NCBI RefSeq assembly: GCF_009914755.1 | Contig: NC_060931.1 | From: the human T2T-CHM13v2.0 reference genome, Homo sapiens | Reading direction: 5' to 3' (one strand) | Length of the DNA stretch: 64,000 nucleotides | In this document: positions 1 through 14,224 of the stretch, piece after piece | Position numbering within the stretch: position 1 is the first letter of the stretch | Layout of the letters: each line of letters opens with the position of its first letter | Notes under the pieces: generated by a model | Database searches by the model: none | What the model saw: only the letters and a program-made list of their open reading frames with translations | Told to the model about the DNA's origin: nothing | Translations under genes and position numbers: made by a program

Positions 1-96
1 GGGCCAGTCATGGCCTTTGCTCATGTCCTTTGCTCACTTTTATTTGCCCATGGTAAAATTTCCCTTTTATTCCATGCAATGACTCTTCTAAATCTA

Positions 97-371
<275 letters not shown>

Positions 372-467
372 ATTCAAAATCCAACCCAGTCTCCTACTTT
401 CCTGTTCTCACACATTTTTTCAATCTTAACCTCTCTCTAGATTTTGCTTAAAGTGTTCAGTGGTTCA

Positions 468-469
<2 letters not shown>

Positions 470-498
<29 letters not shown>
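470..498. repeat. (GT)n microsatellite
   Basis: about 14 uninterrupted TG units. Confidence 0.95.
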
Positions 499-500
<2 letters not shown>

Positions 501-977
501 AATTCTGAACTGTCCATCCAAAAATGTATTTACCACCACCCATGTTTACCTTTTTTCCTCTGGTCTAACAGTGACAGCCAACCACCCAGCCCTGAGCCTC
601 ATGCACAACCTTCAGTCATCCACTATCTCCCTTACATATTCAATCTCTTCTTGCCTACCTCCTCCCTTACTTATACTCCCACACCAAAACAGAAATAAGG
701 ACGAATACCTTCCCTTGAATTTCATACTCCGAGAGCTACTTTTTAATCTCACAAGTTCAGATTAATCAGGAAGAAGAGATAAACCCAGACTACCTTATCT
801 GGTGTTTGCCCTTCATCTGCTGAATTCTGGCTCCCATTCTCAGCATGCTGTTGAAATTGCTCTATTGGGGTCCATCATAACATTACAGCCAAATTTAATA
901 GTCATTTTTAGTTTATATCTTAGTGGATCTCTCTACTTTATATGACATTGTCTATCACCCCCCCCCCCCCCCGCCGC

Positions 978-1268
978 TTTTTAAGAGACAGGATCTTGCT
1001 CTGTAAACCAGGCTGGAGTGCAGTGGCACCATCACAGTTCACTGCAGCCTCAAACTCTTTGGCTCTAAGTGATCCTCTTGCCTCAGCCTGCTGCATAGTT
1101 GGGACTACAGACATACACCACCATGCACAGCTAGTTTCTTAAATTTTTTGTAGAGATGGGGTCTTTCTATGTTGCCCATACTGGTCTCAAACTGCTGTCT
1201 TTAAGCAATCCTCCCACATTAGCCTCCCAAAATGCTGGGATTACAGGTGTGAGCCACTACAACTGGCC
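978..1268 (-). mobile_element. AluJ-type SINE, preceded by a poly-C tract (about 958-972)
   Basis: GAGACAGGATCTTGCTCTGT...GGGATTACAGGTGTGAGCCAC reverse Alu with J-type diagnostics. Confidence 0.92.
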
Positions 1269-1370
1269 TCCCTTTCTTTTTAAAATTTGATATGCTCTTG
1301 GTTTCCAAAACACACTATTTTAATATTTCTATTCTGATTTCTGTAAGTGGGGTCTCTTTCACATATTCCT

Positions 1371-1726
1371 TGATATGGTTTTGCTGTGTCCCCACCCAAA
1401 TCTCATCTTGAATTATAGCTTTCACAATTCTCATGTGTCATGGGAGGAACCCGGTGGAAGGTAATTGAAACATGGGGTAGGTCTTTCCCATGCTTTTCTC
1501 GTGATAGTGAACAAGTCTCACAAAATCTGATGATTTTATAAGGGGGAGTTTCCCTGCGCAAATTCTCTCTTGCCTGCCACCATGTAAGACATGTCTTTTG
1601 CCTTCTGCCATGATTGTGAGGCCTCCCCAGCCACATGGAAATGTGAGTCCATTAAACCTCTTTTTCCTTATAAATTCCTCAGTCTCAGGTATGTCTTTAT
1701 CAGCAACATGAAAATGGACTAATATA
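1371..1726 (+). mobile_element. THE1 (THE1B-like) MaLR solo LTR
   Basis: TGATATGGTTT..GCTGTGTCCCCACCCAAATCTCATCTTGAATT start, ATTAAA signal, GGACTAATATA end; TSD TTCCT/TTCTT. Confidence 0.92.
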
Positions 1727-2488
1727 TTCTTTAATTTTGGATTATTTTCTCAACTCTCTGCCTTGATACACATGAAGAACAAGTAAAATTAATTTATGTC
1801 AGTTTCAGCTAACATCAGTGTGCTTTTGACTTCAGAACTTTTTTTTTCATCTCAATTCCTTCCCCTTCTTGAGATGTGGACAAAATCTTTACCAGCTGGC
1901 TGAACCCGATTATTACTTCTTGAGAAGTTCCCAAATCCAGTATTTCTTAAATGAAAGTCTTCCCACTACTGTGCATCCTTTTCCTAATCCCTTCTGTATA
2001 CCCAGTATCAACTGGCTATATCGATATCCACCTTTGTTAACCCACGCTTGAAATCCGAAGTCACCTTGTAGCTCCCTTCTCCTTCACTGTTTACATCATA
2101 CCGTTAACATAGTCATTGATTATATCTCAAACATTCTAGTACCTGAAAGCCTCTTCTACATCTGCACTATAAATGCTAGGGTTCATGCTGCCTTTGTAAC
2201 TTGCATGAAGATACAAAAGACTCCTAAATACTTCTTCATGTTCTTTCTCCACAAAGCTTACAATCCACCATTCTTTGTTTTTTGATGAAGTCTGATTTTA
2301 TCATGTTCATGCTTAATACCCTTCAGTGACTGCCTACAGAATAATATTTGGGCAGGTTATTGTGACACTACTTCTTCATAATATAATCCTCACCTCCCCT
2401 TTAGCTATAAATGTCACAAACTCCAGCCTCTGGCTGCTGAAGCATCATGAAATCCATGGTATTTCCCAAATTTTAAAAATCATTTCTC

Positions 2489-2782
2489 AGCAGGGCATGG
2501 CGGCTCATGCCTGTAATCACAGCACTTTGGGAGGCTGAGGTGGACAGATGGCTTGAGCCCAGGAGTATGAGACCAGCCTGGGCAACATGGCAAAACCTCA
2601 TCTCTACAAAAAAATATGAAAACTCATCTGGACATCATGGCACATACCTCTAGTCCCAACTACCCAGGAGGGTGAGGTGGGAGGATCTCCTGAGCCCATG
2701 GAGGTCGAGGCTACAGTGAGCGATGATCGTGCCATTACACTCCAGCCTGGGCAACCGTGAGACTCTGTCAAAAAAAAAAAGA
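2489..2782 (+). mobile_element. AluJ-type SINE
   Basis: Two arms, GCTTGAGCCCAGGAG and GAGGTCGAGGCTACAGTGAGC J diagnostics, A tail. Confidence 0.92.
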
Positions 2783-3499
2783 AGGAAATAATTATTTCTC
2801 TCCTGGCTGTCTTTGCTCTTAACAATGACATTTTTAAATGGATGCTTTAAGAGGAAAATAGGCAGTAGAAATTGTGGAAGCTTTCCAGAACAATTGGGAG
2901 TTAGAGGTAAATCTCTGATAACATTTCCATTTTTTGTCCTGGTTTCAATTACATAATAGCTTTCTGTTATTTTTTACCTATAAAATGAAGTTATTTCAGT
3001 AAAAACTTACACACCACTGTTGTCAGAGAATAATTTCCCCTAGTAAATATAAATGTTATGCATAACATTAATATCAGATCTAATAAGGATTGAAAATTTA
3101 TCATCTTGTTCTGAGATGTCCAGTAAAGTCCAGGTCTGTCAGTACTTATGGGAAGGTGCTAAAAATCACAAGAAGTAGACTTTTTTGTCCTCTAGAGACT
3201 TCCAAGGAAAAACATCCCTGCACTGGAGGTGAAAATAGTGGAGTGTGTGCCACTAGTTACTTCCACATATCCTAATGGTGGCCCACATCCTCACGATCAT
3301 GTTGTGAATGGCTAGTGTTGGATAGACTCTGAAATTAGGAGCCAATTCCAAAAGTGTCAATGAGAAGAGGTGAAGTGATATTTGAATAACCTGGTCTAAT
3401 CAGGTCTAAAGTACTGTGCAGAGCTGGTGCACCTGAGGCTCATTTGGATATGTTATTGTCCTTATGAGGTCAGGTAATTGCAGGCAGAAACTTCCTTTG

Positions 3500-3930
3500 C
3501 TTTAAGATTCCCCTGTGTCTCACAGGGACCATGACTGAAAGGATAACATTTTTTTGCCTGAAATTTCCTATCTCATATTCTGATTCAGGTGCCACTAGTA
3601 CCTTCCTTAGACCTTCTGGGTCTCACCTTTGATTTCAGCTACAGCTGTGGCAAATAGTTCCATGAAGCCTTTGTCTCATGTGATACTAATATAACCTCAA
3701 GTGCTCATGCTGTCTGCTCAGGGCTTCATACTGCTGCAGCATAAGACATAGAAGATCACTCCACGTGCATGCATTTGCAGCCCAGAATTTCAGGGGCATT
3801 AGAAACCCACAGGTGAACCCTTGATCAGTGGGGGGGTCAGGAATTGATGGATAATTGCTTCTCTCTGTTGATCCTTAGAAGAATGATCCTGAGAGACACA
3901 CTACACTTTCCTTAGAGATCCAGCCCTAGT
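3500..3930. mobile_element. Possible old ERVL LTR (LTR16-like)
   Basis: Motifs CAGGGACCATGACTG, CAGCTGTGGCAAATAGTTCC, CCCTTGATCAGTGGGG resemble the LTR16 family; weak. Confidence 0.35.
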
Positions 3931-3949
3931 AACTCACAGATATGACTAA

Positions 3950-4617
3950 TGCAGGTGATTTTTTCAGGTGATTACAATAAAAACAACTGATTACAGTAAA
4001 AACAAAATATGTCCACAAGGTTGGCAGGGAAACGCAAATAAAGATGAGCACACAACCAGTAATCACAATACATTTGCAGAAAAAACTATAAAGTAATAGA
4101 GGCTTCAAAATAACGGAAGAACTACCTCTGGAACAAATCATGCTAACAGAGAAAACTGAATGAAACTTTAGAAAATGTCTAAAAGAATTCCTCTCCTTCC
4201 CATCCCCAGAGAAGTTCAGAAAGATTTTGTATTCAGTAAAGACTCCAATAGAAATCTACAAAATTCAAAAACTAATTATGAAATTTAAAAGGTAGAGGTG
4301 GGATAAACAGTAAAATGAACAAAGCCGAAAAACAAATTAGTGAGCTGAAAGATTAAGCTAAGGAATTCTACCTAAATGAATCCCCAAAGAACCAAGAAAT
4401 AGAAAACATGATAAGAGAAATAGAAAACAGGATGAGAGAACTAGCATGGATATCCAGAAGTTTCAGAGGCAGTTTTGGAGGAAGAGAGCATAGAGAGCAA
4501 AGGGAGGAGGCAGTAAAATCAAAGAAGAAAATGTCCTAGAACTGAAAAAGGCTTGGTGTAAGATTGTAAGAGCCTATTTAAGTGCTAAGCAGAGTAGATT
4601 AAAAAGAAATCACATAT
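3950..4617 (+). mobile_element. Ancient L1M ORF1-region fragment (host of the next L1)
   Basis: A-rich ORF1-like coiled-coil sequence (AAAACAAATTAGTGAGCTGAAAGAT). Confidence 0.55.
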
Positions 4618-4631
4618 AAAGATCCAACTTT

Positions 4632-7545
4632 GACCCCCTTTTTTTGTCTCTGTTGAGTTTTAGTATCAGGATGTTCCTGGCCTCATAGAATGAGTTAGGG
4701 AGGAGTCCCTCCTCCTCTATTTCTTGGAACAGTTTTTCTATGAATGGTACCAGCTCTTCCATGTACATCTGGTAGAATTCAGGTGTGAATCCGTCTGGTC
4801 CTAGGCTTTTTTTTTTTTTTTTTTGGTTGAGGGAATTGGTAAGCTACTTATTACTGATTCAATTTCAGACCTTGTTATTGATCTGTTCACAGATTCAATT
4901 TCTTCCTGGCCCAGTCTTGGGAGGGTGTGTGTGTCCAGGAATTTATTCACAAAAGTGTTCATAATAGTCTCTGATGGTTATTTGTATTTCTGTGCAGTCA
5001 GTGGTCATATCCTCTCTGTCATTTGTAATTCTGTTTATTTGAATCTTCTCTCTTTTCTTCACTATTAGTCTAGCTTGCAGTCTATGCAAAAATCCTCAAC
5101 AAAATACTGGCAAACTGAATCCTGCATTACATCAAAATCTTATCCACCACAATCAAGTAGGTCTTATCCCTAGATTGCAGGATTGGTTCAACATACGCAA
5201 ATAAATAGATGTGATTCATCACATAAACAGAACTAAAGACAAAACCCACATGATTATCTCAACAGTTGCAGAAAAGGCTTTCAATAAAATTCAATACATC
5301 TTCAAGTTAAAAAAACTCTCAATAAACCAGGTATTGAAGGAACATACCTCAAAATAATAAAAGCCATCTGTGACAAACCCACAGCCAACATCACACTGAA
5401 TGGGCAAAAGCCAGACGCATTCCCCTTGAAATCTGGCACAAGACAAGGATGCCCTCTGTCACCACTCTTATTCAACATAGTATTGGAAGTCCTGGCCAGA
5501 GCAATCAGGCAAGAGAAAGAAATGAAGGACATCTAAATAGGAAGAGAAGAAGTCAAACTATCCCTATTTGCAGACTACATGATTTTATATCTAGATATCC
5601 TAGTCCAAAAGCTCCTTCAGCTGATAAACAACTTCAGCAAAGTCTCAGGATTCAAAAATCAATGTGCAGAAATCACTAGCATTCCTCTACACCAACAAGA
5701 GCCAAGCTGGAGGCCAAATCAGGAATGCAATTCTATTCACAATTGCCACAAAAATAATAAAATATCTAGGAATACAGCTAACCAGGGAGGTGAGAGATCT
5801 CTACAAGGAGAATTACAAAAGACTGCTCAAAGAAATCAGAGATGACACAAAAAATGGAAAACATTCCATGTCACAAGGATAGGAAGAACCAATATTGTTA
5901 AAATGGCCATACTGCCCAAAGCCATCAATGCTATTCCTAACAAACTACCAATGACATTCTTCCCAGAACTAGAAAAAACTATTTTAAAGTTAATATGTAA
6001 CCAAAAGCAGCCCAAATAGCCAAGGCAATCCTCAGCAAAACAAACAAACCTGGAGGCATCATCTTACCCAACTTCAAACCATACTACATGGCTATAGTAA
6101 CCAAAACAGCATAGTACTGGCACAAAACTAGACACATAGACCAAAGGAACAGAACAAGGAACCCAAAAACAAGACCATACACCTAGGACCATTTGATCCT
6201 CAACAAAGTCGACAAAAACAAGCAATGGGGAAATGACTCCCTATTCAATAAATTGTGCTGGGATGACTGCAAAGATATATGCAGAAGATTGAAACTGGAC
6301 CCCTTCCTTACACCATATACAAAAATTAACTCAAGATGAATTAAAGACTTAAATGCAAAACCCAGAACTATAAAAACCCAGGGAGACAACCTAGGCAATA
6401 ACATTCTAGACACAGAAACAGGAAAAGATTTCATGACAAAGACACCAAAAGCAATTGCAACAAAAGCAAAAATTGACAAATGTGATCTAAGTAAACTAAA
6501 GAGCTTCTGTACAGCAAAAGAAACTATCAACAGAGTAAACAGACAACCTCAGAATGAGAGAAAATATTTGCAAACTATCTATCTGACAAAGGTCTAATAT
6601 CCAGCATCTATAAGGAACTTAAACAAATTTATGAGAAAAACAAACAACCCCATAAAAAAGGTAGGCAAAGGACAAGAAGAGACACTTTTCAAAATAAGAC
6701 ATACATGTGGGAAACAAGCATATAACTAATGATGTTGAGGCAAACCTCAACATCACTGATCATTAGAGAAATGCAAATCAAAACCACTATAAGATACCAT
6801 CTCACACCAGTCAGAATGGCTACTATAAAAAATCAAAAAAATGACAGATGCTGGCAAGGTTGCAGAGAAAAAGAATGCTTGTACACTGCTGGTGGGAGTG
6901 TAAATTAGTCCAATCGTTGTGGAAAACAGTGTGACAATTCCTCAAAGACCAAAAGACAGAATTACCTTTTGACCCAGCAATCCCATTCTGGGTATATACC
7001 CAAGGGAATATAAATCATTCCATCATAAAGGCACTAGCATGTGTATGTTCACTGCAGCACTATTTACAATAGCAATGACATGGAATCAACCTAAATGCCC
7101 ATCAACGATAGACTAGATAAAGAAAATGTGGTACATATAGAACATGGAATACTATGCAACCATGAAAAAGAATGAGATCATGTCCTTTGCAGGAACATGG
7201 ATGGAGCTGAAGGCCATTATCCTCAGCAAACTAAAGCAGAAACAGAAAACCAAATACTTCATGATCTCACTTATATGTGGAAGTTAAATAATGAGGACCC
7301 ATGGACACAAAGAGGGAAACAACATACACTGGGGTCTGCTGGAGAGTGGAGGTTGGGAGGAGGGAGAGAATCAGAAGAAATAAGTAATGAGTACTAGGCT
7401 TAATACCCGGGTAATAAAATAATCTGTACAACATACTACCATGACAGTTTACCTATACAATACACCTGCACATGTACCCCTGAACTTAAAATAAAAGTTT
7501 TTTTAAAAATAAAAAATGAAGTTCTTAACATGTTTTTTAAAAAAG
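4632..7545 (+). mobile_element. 5'-truncated, 5'-inverted L1PA13-16-like element (about 4638-5078 inverted; about 5084-7510 forward ORF2 RT/C-terminus and 3'UTR)
   Basis: ORF2 sequence on - then on +; old L1PA 3'UTR ending CCCCTGAACTTAAAATAAAAGTT; TSD AAAGATCCAACTTT (4618-4631) / AAAGCTCCAACTTT (7546-7559). Confidence 0.92.
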
Positions 7546-7559
7546 AAAGCTCCAACTTT

Positions 7560-9300
7560 AGTATGCACAAAGTAAAATATCAAAACATCAAGGAAAAATT
7601 ATAAAACGTAGAACGTATTTCTAAATGAGAACAAAATTCTAAAAGGAAGAACATATTTCTCATAAAATAATAAGTATTAATTTTCCTAGCTATAGTAAGA
7701 GAATTGTAGCTAATGGAAGATTTTCCTTATTCTTTGGAGATGTATGCTGAATAATTAGGGGTGAATTCTCATGAGGGCTGCAACTTATTTTCAAATGGTT
7801 ACACAAAAGAAAATACACACACATAAAAAGAGAAATACCAAGCAAATACAGCTAAAGGCTTACCTAGGTGGGAGGTACATGGGTGTTCCCTGTACCATTT
7901 TTTCAACTTTCCTACTTATTTGAACACTTTCCTACTATAAAGTTCGGCAAAATTTCTCAAGTTCCTGTTTACTGGCAACTAACAACCATAAATTATTTAT
8001 ATAATTTGTGCCAGAGGGAAATGAGATATCTCATTAGAAGGTAATGGAGTGGAATCTTCTAAGTTCTGAGAAAAATATCTTTTATCTTTCTCAGCAAAAC
8101 AATCTATTATTTAAATGTAAAGGCAACCTAAGTGATTAAACATCATACAATTTACCAGTCACTGACTGCATTTAAGAGAATGACTATGGAATATATTCCA
8201 ATAAAATTAAAATTAGCGAAAGCAAGAGGGAGCCAAATTACATGATAAATATATGGAGTCAGTCAACTATGCATCTAATCTCCCTCCAAAAATACTCTAA
8301 AAAGAACATTAAAGAGAAAATAAGATCTAAACTGACAAATACAGGGGAACATGGGAATGGGGACAGCAACAGCAAAGCAAGTTCAATCGATTTGTAGAAA
8401 ACAGAACATATATGGATTTAATAAGGTAAGGAAGTCATGCTCACAAAGGCAGGCATGAAGAATGACAGTTCACACACCAGGACTGGGAGGGACTTGGGAC
8501 TAGGGGACACTAAGTGCAGAGGAAAGTGATGATGAGGCACAGGGCAAAACTGAATTTCTGTAGGCAGCACAAAAATTGTATACAATTAACTCCTCCTGCC
8601 TCCTTGCATGCCACATGCATGGAAGGCTGGTAGCTAAGCTCCTCCCCGTCTCCCATCCAAGGCAAGAGATTGGCAGTTTCTTCTCTGAGTAACTTCATGA
8701 CTGTTGGGATATACCTCTGCCACCTTATTTTGTTGGAACAAGAACAGCCAGTGAATGAGGAGCCCTCAAGCTAAACCAGACACAGCTTCCAATCTGCTTT
8801 TCAGAGCGTCCCTATGAAATGTTAATGATATGAGACATTTGAGGAAAACCTCCCACAGGAAAAAAAAATACCAGAATAACCAGGAAAAAAAAAAAAAAAA
8901 AACACTGAGAGTTTTTTGAGGTTTTCTTCAAAACTGTTATCTTGAATTAATATCCTCAGAACAATCAGAGAAGATGTTATATCTATAAAACAAGAACAGG
9001 GTGGTATGAAAAATGAATACTTGTGAAACAAAAAAGAGCTTTTAGAAAGGTAACTTTAAAGATCATTACAGGAATTAAAAGAGAAAAAAATTAAATAAAT
9101 CTCACAAAAAGCATGACCAAAAGACAAAGATAGGTGGGAAAATGTGATAGGAAAGATAATCAATTCAAGGGGTTCACTATCTTATTAATGAAAAGTTCAT
9201 AAAAAGTAAGAAAAAAGAAAGGCAAGAAATTATGTCAAAGATAATGCAGTCAAATTTCCCACAGTAAATTCCAAGATCAAAGTGGCCTAGAAAGTGGCCA
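7560..9300 (+). mobile_element. Ancient L1M/L1ME fragments (3'UTR-like about 7700-7950; 5'/ORF1-like about 8250-9300)
   Basis: GGAGATGTATGCTGAA...GCTGCAACTTATTTTCAAATGGTT L1ME-type 3' motif; A-rich ORF1-like sequence. Confidence 0.5.
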
Positions 9301-9491
9301 CCATGACTATCATGGTGGACTATCATTTATGTTTGATACTCAACCAGTATTTTAGTTAATATAAAGGAATAATATTAACCACATTCATTAGGCAAATTTG
9401 AATCACTCTTTGCAGTATGTCTGCGTCTCAAATTTGAGGATTATGGCATTTCAGCTCTTGAAAATCAAAACATGGCCAAAAAAGTATCTAA

Positions 9492-9671
9492 CAGAGTTGG
9501 TAAACAACCCATAGGTCAAATCCAGCTTGCAGCCTGTTTTGTTTTACAGCCTGGGGGCTAGGGAGGGTTTTTAACTTTTAAAGAGTTATAAACAAAACGA
9601 AGAACATGTGACAGAAACCATATGTGGCCCACAAAGACCAAAGTATTTACTATCTAGGTTTGCTGACCTAT
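9492..9671 (+). mobile_element. MER58-type hAT-Charlie MITE
   Basis: CAGAGTTGGTAAAC...CAAATCCAGC...TATGTGGCCCACAAAG...TATTTACTATCT...TTTGCTGACC with degenerate TIRs. Confidence 0.75.
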
Positions 9672-10319
9672 ACTAAGCATAAAAATGAAAGTTACGTGCT
9701 GTTACTCAATATCCAATTCCAGAGCATTAAAGCGGCCCTAAAAAGACTTCTTCATAAAGAAACTAGGAAATGGGGGTTATTTCAAATACACAGAATATCT
9801 GGACTACTCTTGCCAGTTGGTATTTTATGCCACAGAGTCCCAACTCAAATGATTTGGGGCTGAGTTGGTTACTTACATTAACCCAAGAAGTTACCCAGAG
9901 TTGTAAGATGCCAAGGAGCAGTGGGAGGGGCTGGTAGGGAACTAGAGGGCACATGCCTGAAGACATTCACATTCTGAACACAAAAGATGTTCACATTCAC
10001 ATTCAAAACACAAAAAAGTGCTATGCTAATCAATCAACACATCTAGTTTGCACAAATTTGTGTGATTTATACTGAAACCATTGCCATATGGACGAATGTC
10101 ATTTTCTATGTCTACTTCTGCGACTTGATTTTATCATTTCCACCTAAGAACCTCAATTTTTCTTATAATAAGACAATTTCCTTTATCTTCTTACATTTGT
10201 GAATTTCTTAGTTTAGTAGATTTCAGGCCAAAGGAGTTCATGGGTTATGGCAGAAAACAAAGACATCTTAAGGCTGAAAGAAAAGGGGCATGAGGATTGA
10301 AGTCTATAAAGGCCCACTT

Positions 10320-10810
10320 CCAAGATGGCACGTTATAGTCTGCATCTCCTAGTATCCACACCCTTGAGTAATACCCTCACCTTTACTGTGGGCTGGAGCT
10401 GGTGACTTCTAATGCATAGAAAACTTCCTTTAGTTAAGTTACAAAAAATTATAAGACTTTGGTTTTGCTAGCAAACTGTCTTGCTAGCTTTAAAGACTTA
10501 CCTGAGCAGCCCACATGGCAAGAAACTGGGGGCAACCTCTGGCCAAGAGAGGAACTAAGGCCATCGCTACAACAGCAAGAGAGGAACTGAATCCTGCCAG
10601 CAACCACTGAATAAGCAGACCCTGCCCGAGATGAACCTCAAAGTGGCTGCAGCCAATACCTTCATTGCAGCGTTGTAAAAAACCCTGAAACAGAGGACCT
10701 AACTGGGTCCAGATTCCTGATCCACAGAGACTATGAAATAATAAATGTGTGCTGTTTTAAGCCTTCAAATGTTGGTACAATTTGTTACACAGCAATTGAT
10801 AACTAATACA
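10320..10810 (+). mobile_element. MLT1 (MLT1F-like) MaLR solo LTR
   Basis: 3' end AATAAATGTGTGCTGTTTTAAGCC...TTTGTTACACAGCAATTGATAACTAATACA is typical of MLT1. Confidence 0.8.
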
Positions 10811-11038
10811 AATTATTATAGGAGAGAAATGTTTTGCATGTTGTTCTGGGGCCTGTTTGTGATCCTGCTAGCATTTGAAATGGTGAATATTCTACAGTGC
10901 TTTTGAGAGACTATTCCTGCACCAAATGCTTACCTCAGTTTAATGCCATGCAGGGCCAATGCACCTGGACATTTCCTCTTCTTTGACATCCATATTTCTC
11001 ATTACCACAACAAAATACATTTTTTAAAAAATAGTCAT

Positions 11039-11337
<299 letters not shown>

Positions 11338-11640
11338 TTATATATATATATATACACATATATATATACATACATATATATATATACACATATATATATA
11401 CATACATATATACACATATATATACATATATACATATATATACATATATATACATATATACATATATATACACATATATATACATATATATACATATATA
11501 CATATATATACATATATACATATATATACATATATACATATATATACACATATATACATATATACATATATACATATATATACGTATATACATATATACA
11601 TATATATACATATATATACATATATATACACATATATATA
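11338..11640. repeat. (TA)n/(TATACA)n compound microsatellite at the Alu tail
   Basis: about 300 bp of TATATACA/TATATATACA units. Confidence 0.97.
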
Positions 11641-13509
11641 GTAATCTCTACTTGGTGATTCATTTGTCTTTTTGAGAAATGTGAATTAGTACCTTGCCAG
11701 ATACTTCTTACCAAATAACAGAAAGAATGATAACTGGAAACATTTATTTTAGAATATTTTGTTACTTTTTAAATAAATAAGTAGATTGTGTTTTCAAGTA
11801 ATGTTCATTGAAAACATATTAATATTGAAAAAATTCAATTTTTATTATTTCTCCAATCATATATTTGAAAGCTGAATAATAAACATTTACATAATTTTAA
11901 GTTTTACTTCAAATATGAGATCATTATTGTTTTTTCTTTTATTTTAGAAGATAAATGTTTACCATATGAGATTTTTCAAGTTTTTCTTCTTTAGATCACA
12001 TTTATGTAAGACTCATATCCTTTCAAACAGATTTATATTGTGATACTTTACCTTATTTAATAGGATCAAAGTTTATTTGAAATGTTATTTTATTATAAGA
12101 TGTCTGCAGTTTGCTTGAAAAGTATGTGTGTGGGCAGAGGAAAGGAAGAATGGGTTAAGAAAACACATTTTAAAAGACCAGCCATGAGTCGATGCTTGTT
12201 AAAATTGACGATGAGTTCATTGTAGTATTCTTTCTAGTTTTGTATACAAATGTAATTTTCCATCCTATGTATATAAACACCTCGTCTCTTCTAAGGATCC
12301 TATTGCAGTATTTCACATATAATTTTTTAAATAAAATCACTTGCTACTTTCAAGTTTCTTGCCACATCAATCAGCAAAACAAATATGTGTAACATTTTCT
12401 ATTTTCAGTAGGATTATTCACTTCAAAAGAGACATGCTGCAGAGGCAGTTTCAATTATAACAACTTTGAATACTGAATAAATTTTACTGGAGATTTGCAA
12501 TGGAGCAGACCACCTTATGCTGTGTTCCTTATATGCGTCATCTCAATCTAATCCTCACACAGTTAGTTTTATTCCAACAGTAAAAGGTGACTTGGTACTT
12601 TCCTCCATAATTTACCTGAATAAGTTATTTATATAACTTATACATGATAAACTTATCTAATAAGTATGAATCATAATCTCTATGAAAGCCAAATATAAAT
12701 TCTAAAGGACTATATAATATGCCGTGGCATTATTTTCTACTATTGTAATGCTTCTCTAGGAAGTTATTTGACGTCATACCAGTTTGACATCTTCCCTTCA
12801 AATACTTCATATACTGTCTGCAACAAAATACATCCTGACACAGATTATGACAGATGTTTATATTTAATCTTTGAAGGGCAAATAACATAAACAAGCAAGT
12901 AACTTTTTAATTAGAAGATCTTGCTTGGAGTGATATTAGAAAAGTATACAGCTGAATGGTTTGATTTCATATTTGTTAAGTTAGAGTCAAAATAAGAGGC
13001 CACTAAATTCAAAAGAGTTTTAAAATTTTAAAGAGTAAGAAGATAGTTGATATGAGTATCTGGAGAATTCAAAACAGTGAGCCAGCTATTGAGAGAAGCT
13101 GGAGAATATTTAAAGTCCCATTATACTTACTTTACATGCTGTCATCAAAAAATTTACTTTGTTTTTAAAAAAATTGTTCTATGGCTTGCTTTTGCATAAT
13201 TAAAAACCATGAGACAATATTTATTTTATTTGTTTTTGTGCGAAATTGTGTTTATTCATTATGTGTTTGCTATAGTTAATTAAACTCACTCATCACCCTT
13301 GTAGAGTCAACCAGTCTGTGACTTCACTGATCTTGCTATAATCAACAATCACCAATACGAAAGCAGTGTAGATTTTCTAGAAATCAGCATAAGCATTTGT
13401 GAGACGTTTCTTTCTTGCATCAGCTGTGGAAAATTTTATTTGTAAAATACAAATGAATTCTCAACCTTTCATCTCCATTTTGTTATGAAGTTCATTGTCT
13501 AGTAAATTA

Positions 13510-13660
13510 TCTGGGTTTAGAGCCTGGCCCACAGTTTACCCTATGACCATGGGAAAGCCTCCTTTTTCTGTTTCCTCATCAGTAAATGGACACCCCTGTC
13601 CCGCTTTCAAGACAGTTATATTGTATAGTAGCATAACATTCATGGTAAGTGTTCAAAAAG
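13510..13660. mobile_element. MIR fragment
   Basis: CTGTTTCCTCATCAGTAAATGG core motif and downstream CATGGTAAGTGTTCAA. Confidence 0.55.
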
Positions 13661-13699
13661 AGCATTTCTTCCCTTCATGTGAGATGACTTATTTTTCCT

Positions 13700-13930
13700 T
13701 TTCTTTTTTTTTTTTTTTTTTTTGAGACACAGTCTCCCTTTGTTGTCCAGGCTGGAGTGCAGTGGCATGATCATAGCTCACCGCCACCTTGAACTCCTGG
13801 TCTCATGGATCCCCCCATCTCAGCCTTCTGAGTAGCTGGGACTACAGGCATGTGCCACCATGCCCAGGTAAGTTTTTAATATTTTTTGTAGAGACAGGGA
13901 GTTGGCCATCTTGCCCAGGCTGGTCCCGAA
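13700..13930 (-). mobile_element. AluJ-type SINE, left arm truncated
   Basis: poly-T then GAGACACAGTCTC...GATCATAGCTCACC; ends at GCTGGTCCCGAA. Confidence 0.9.
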
Positions 13931-14224
13931 TGATAACATACTGTTTTATAAGTGGTTACTTGTAATCTCACTTAATTAAAGATGCTAATTGCACAAGTGT
14001 GCAATTCATCATGATGATGATATAGAACCTGAGGCACGGAAAAATTCAGAATTGAGAAGCTGAAAACTCGTCTTCAAACTCAGAAAAAAAATTAAGATAT
14101 CAGCAGGACACTTTTTACTTTAAAAATGTGTTTAGTTAAGGGAGTAGTTATTGTTAAATACATGTTGTAGTATTTGTAAATTGTCAGCTCTCTTATTTTC
14201 TTTCTCAGAAATATTTCCCCATGG

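Larger units (their letters stand above)
800..2340 (+). mobile_element. Degenerate L2 fragments interrupted by an Alu and a THE1 LTR
   Basis: Pyrimidine-rich L2-like motifs (GAAATTGCTCT...GGATCTCTCT...TGACATTGTCTATCAC); highly diverged. Confidence 0.55.
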
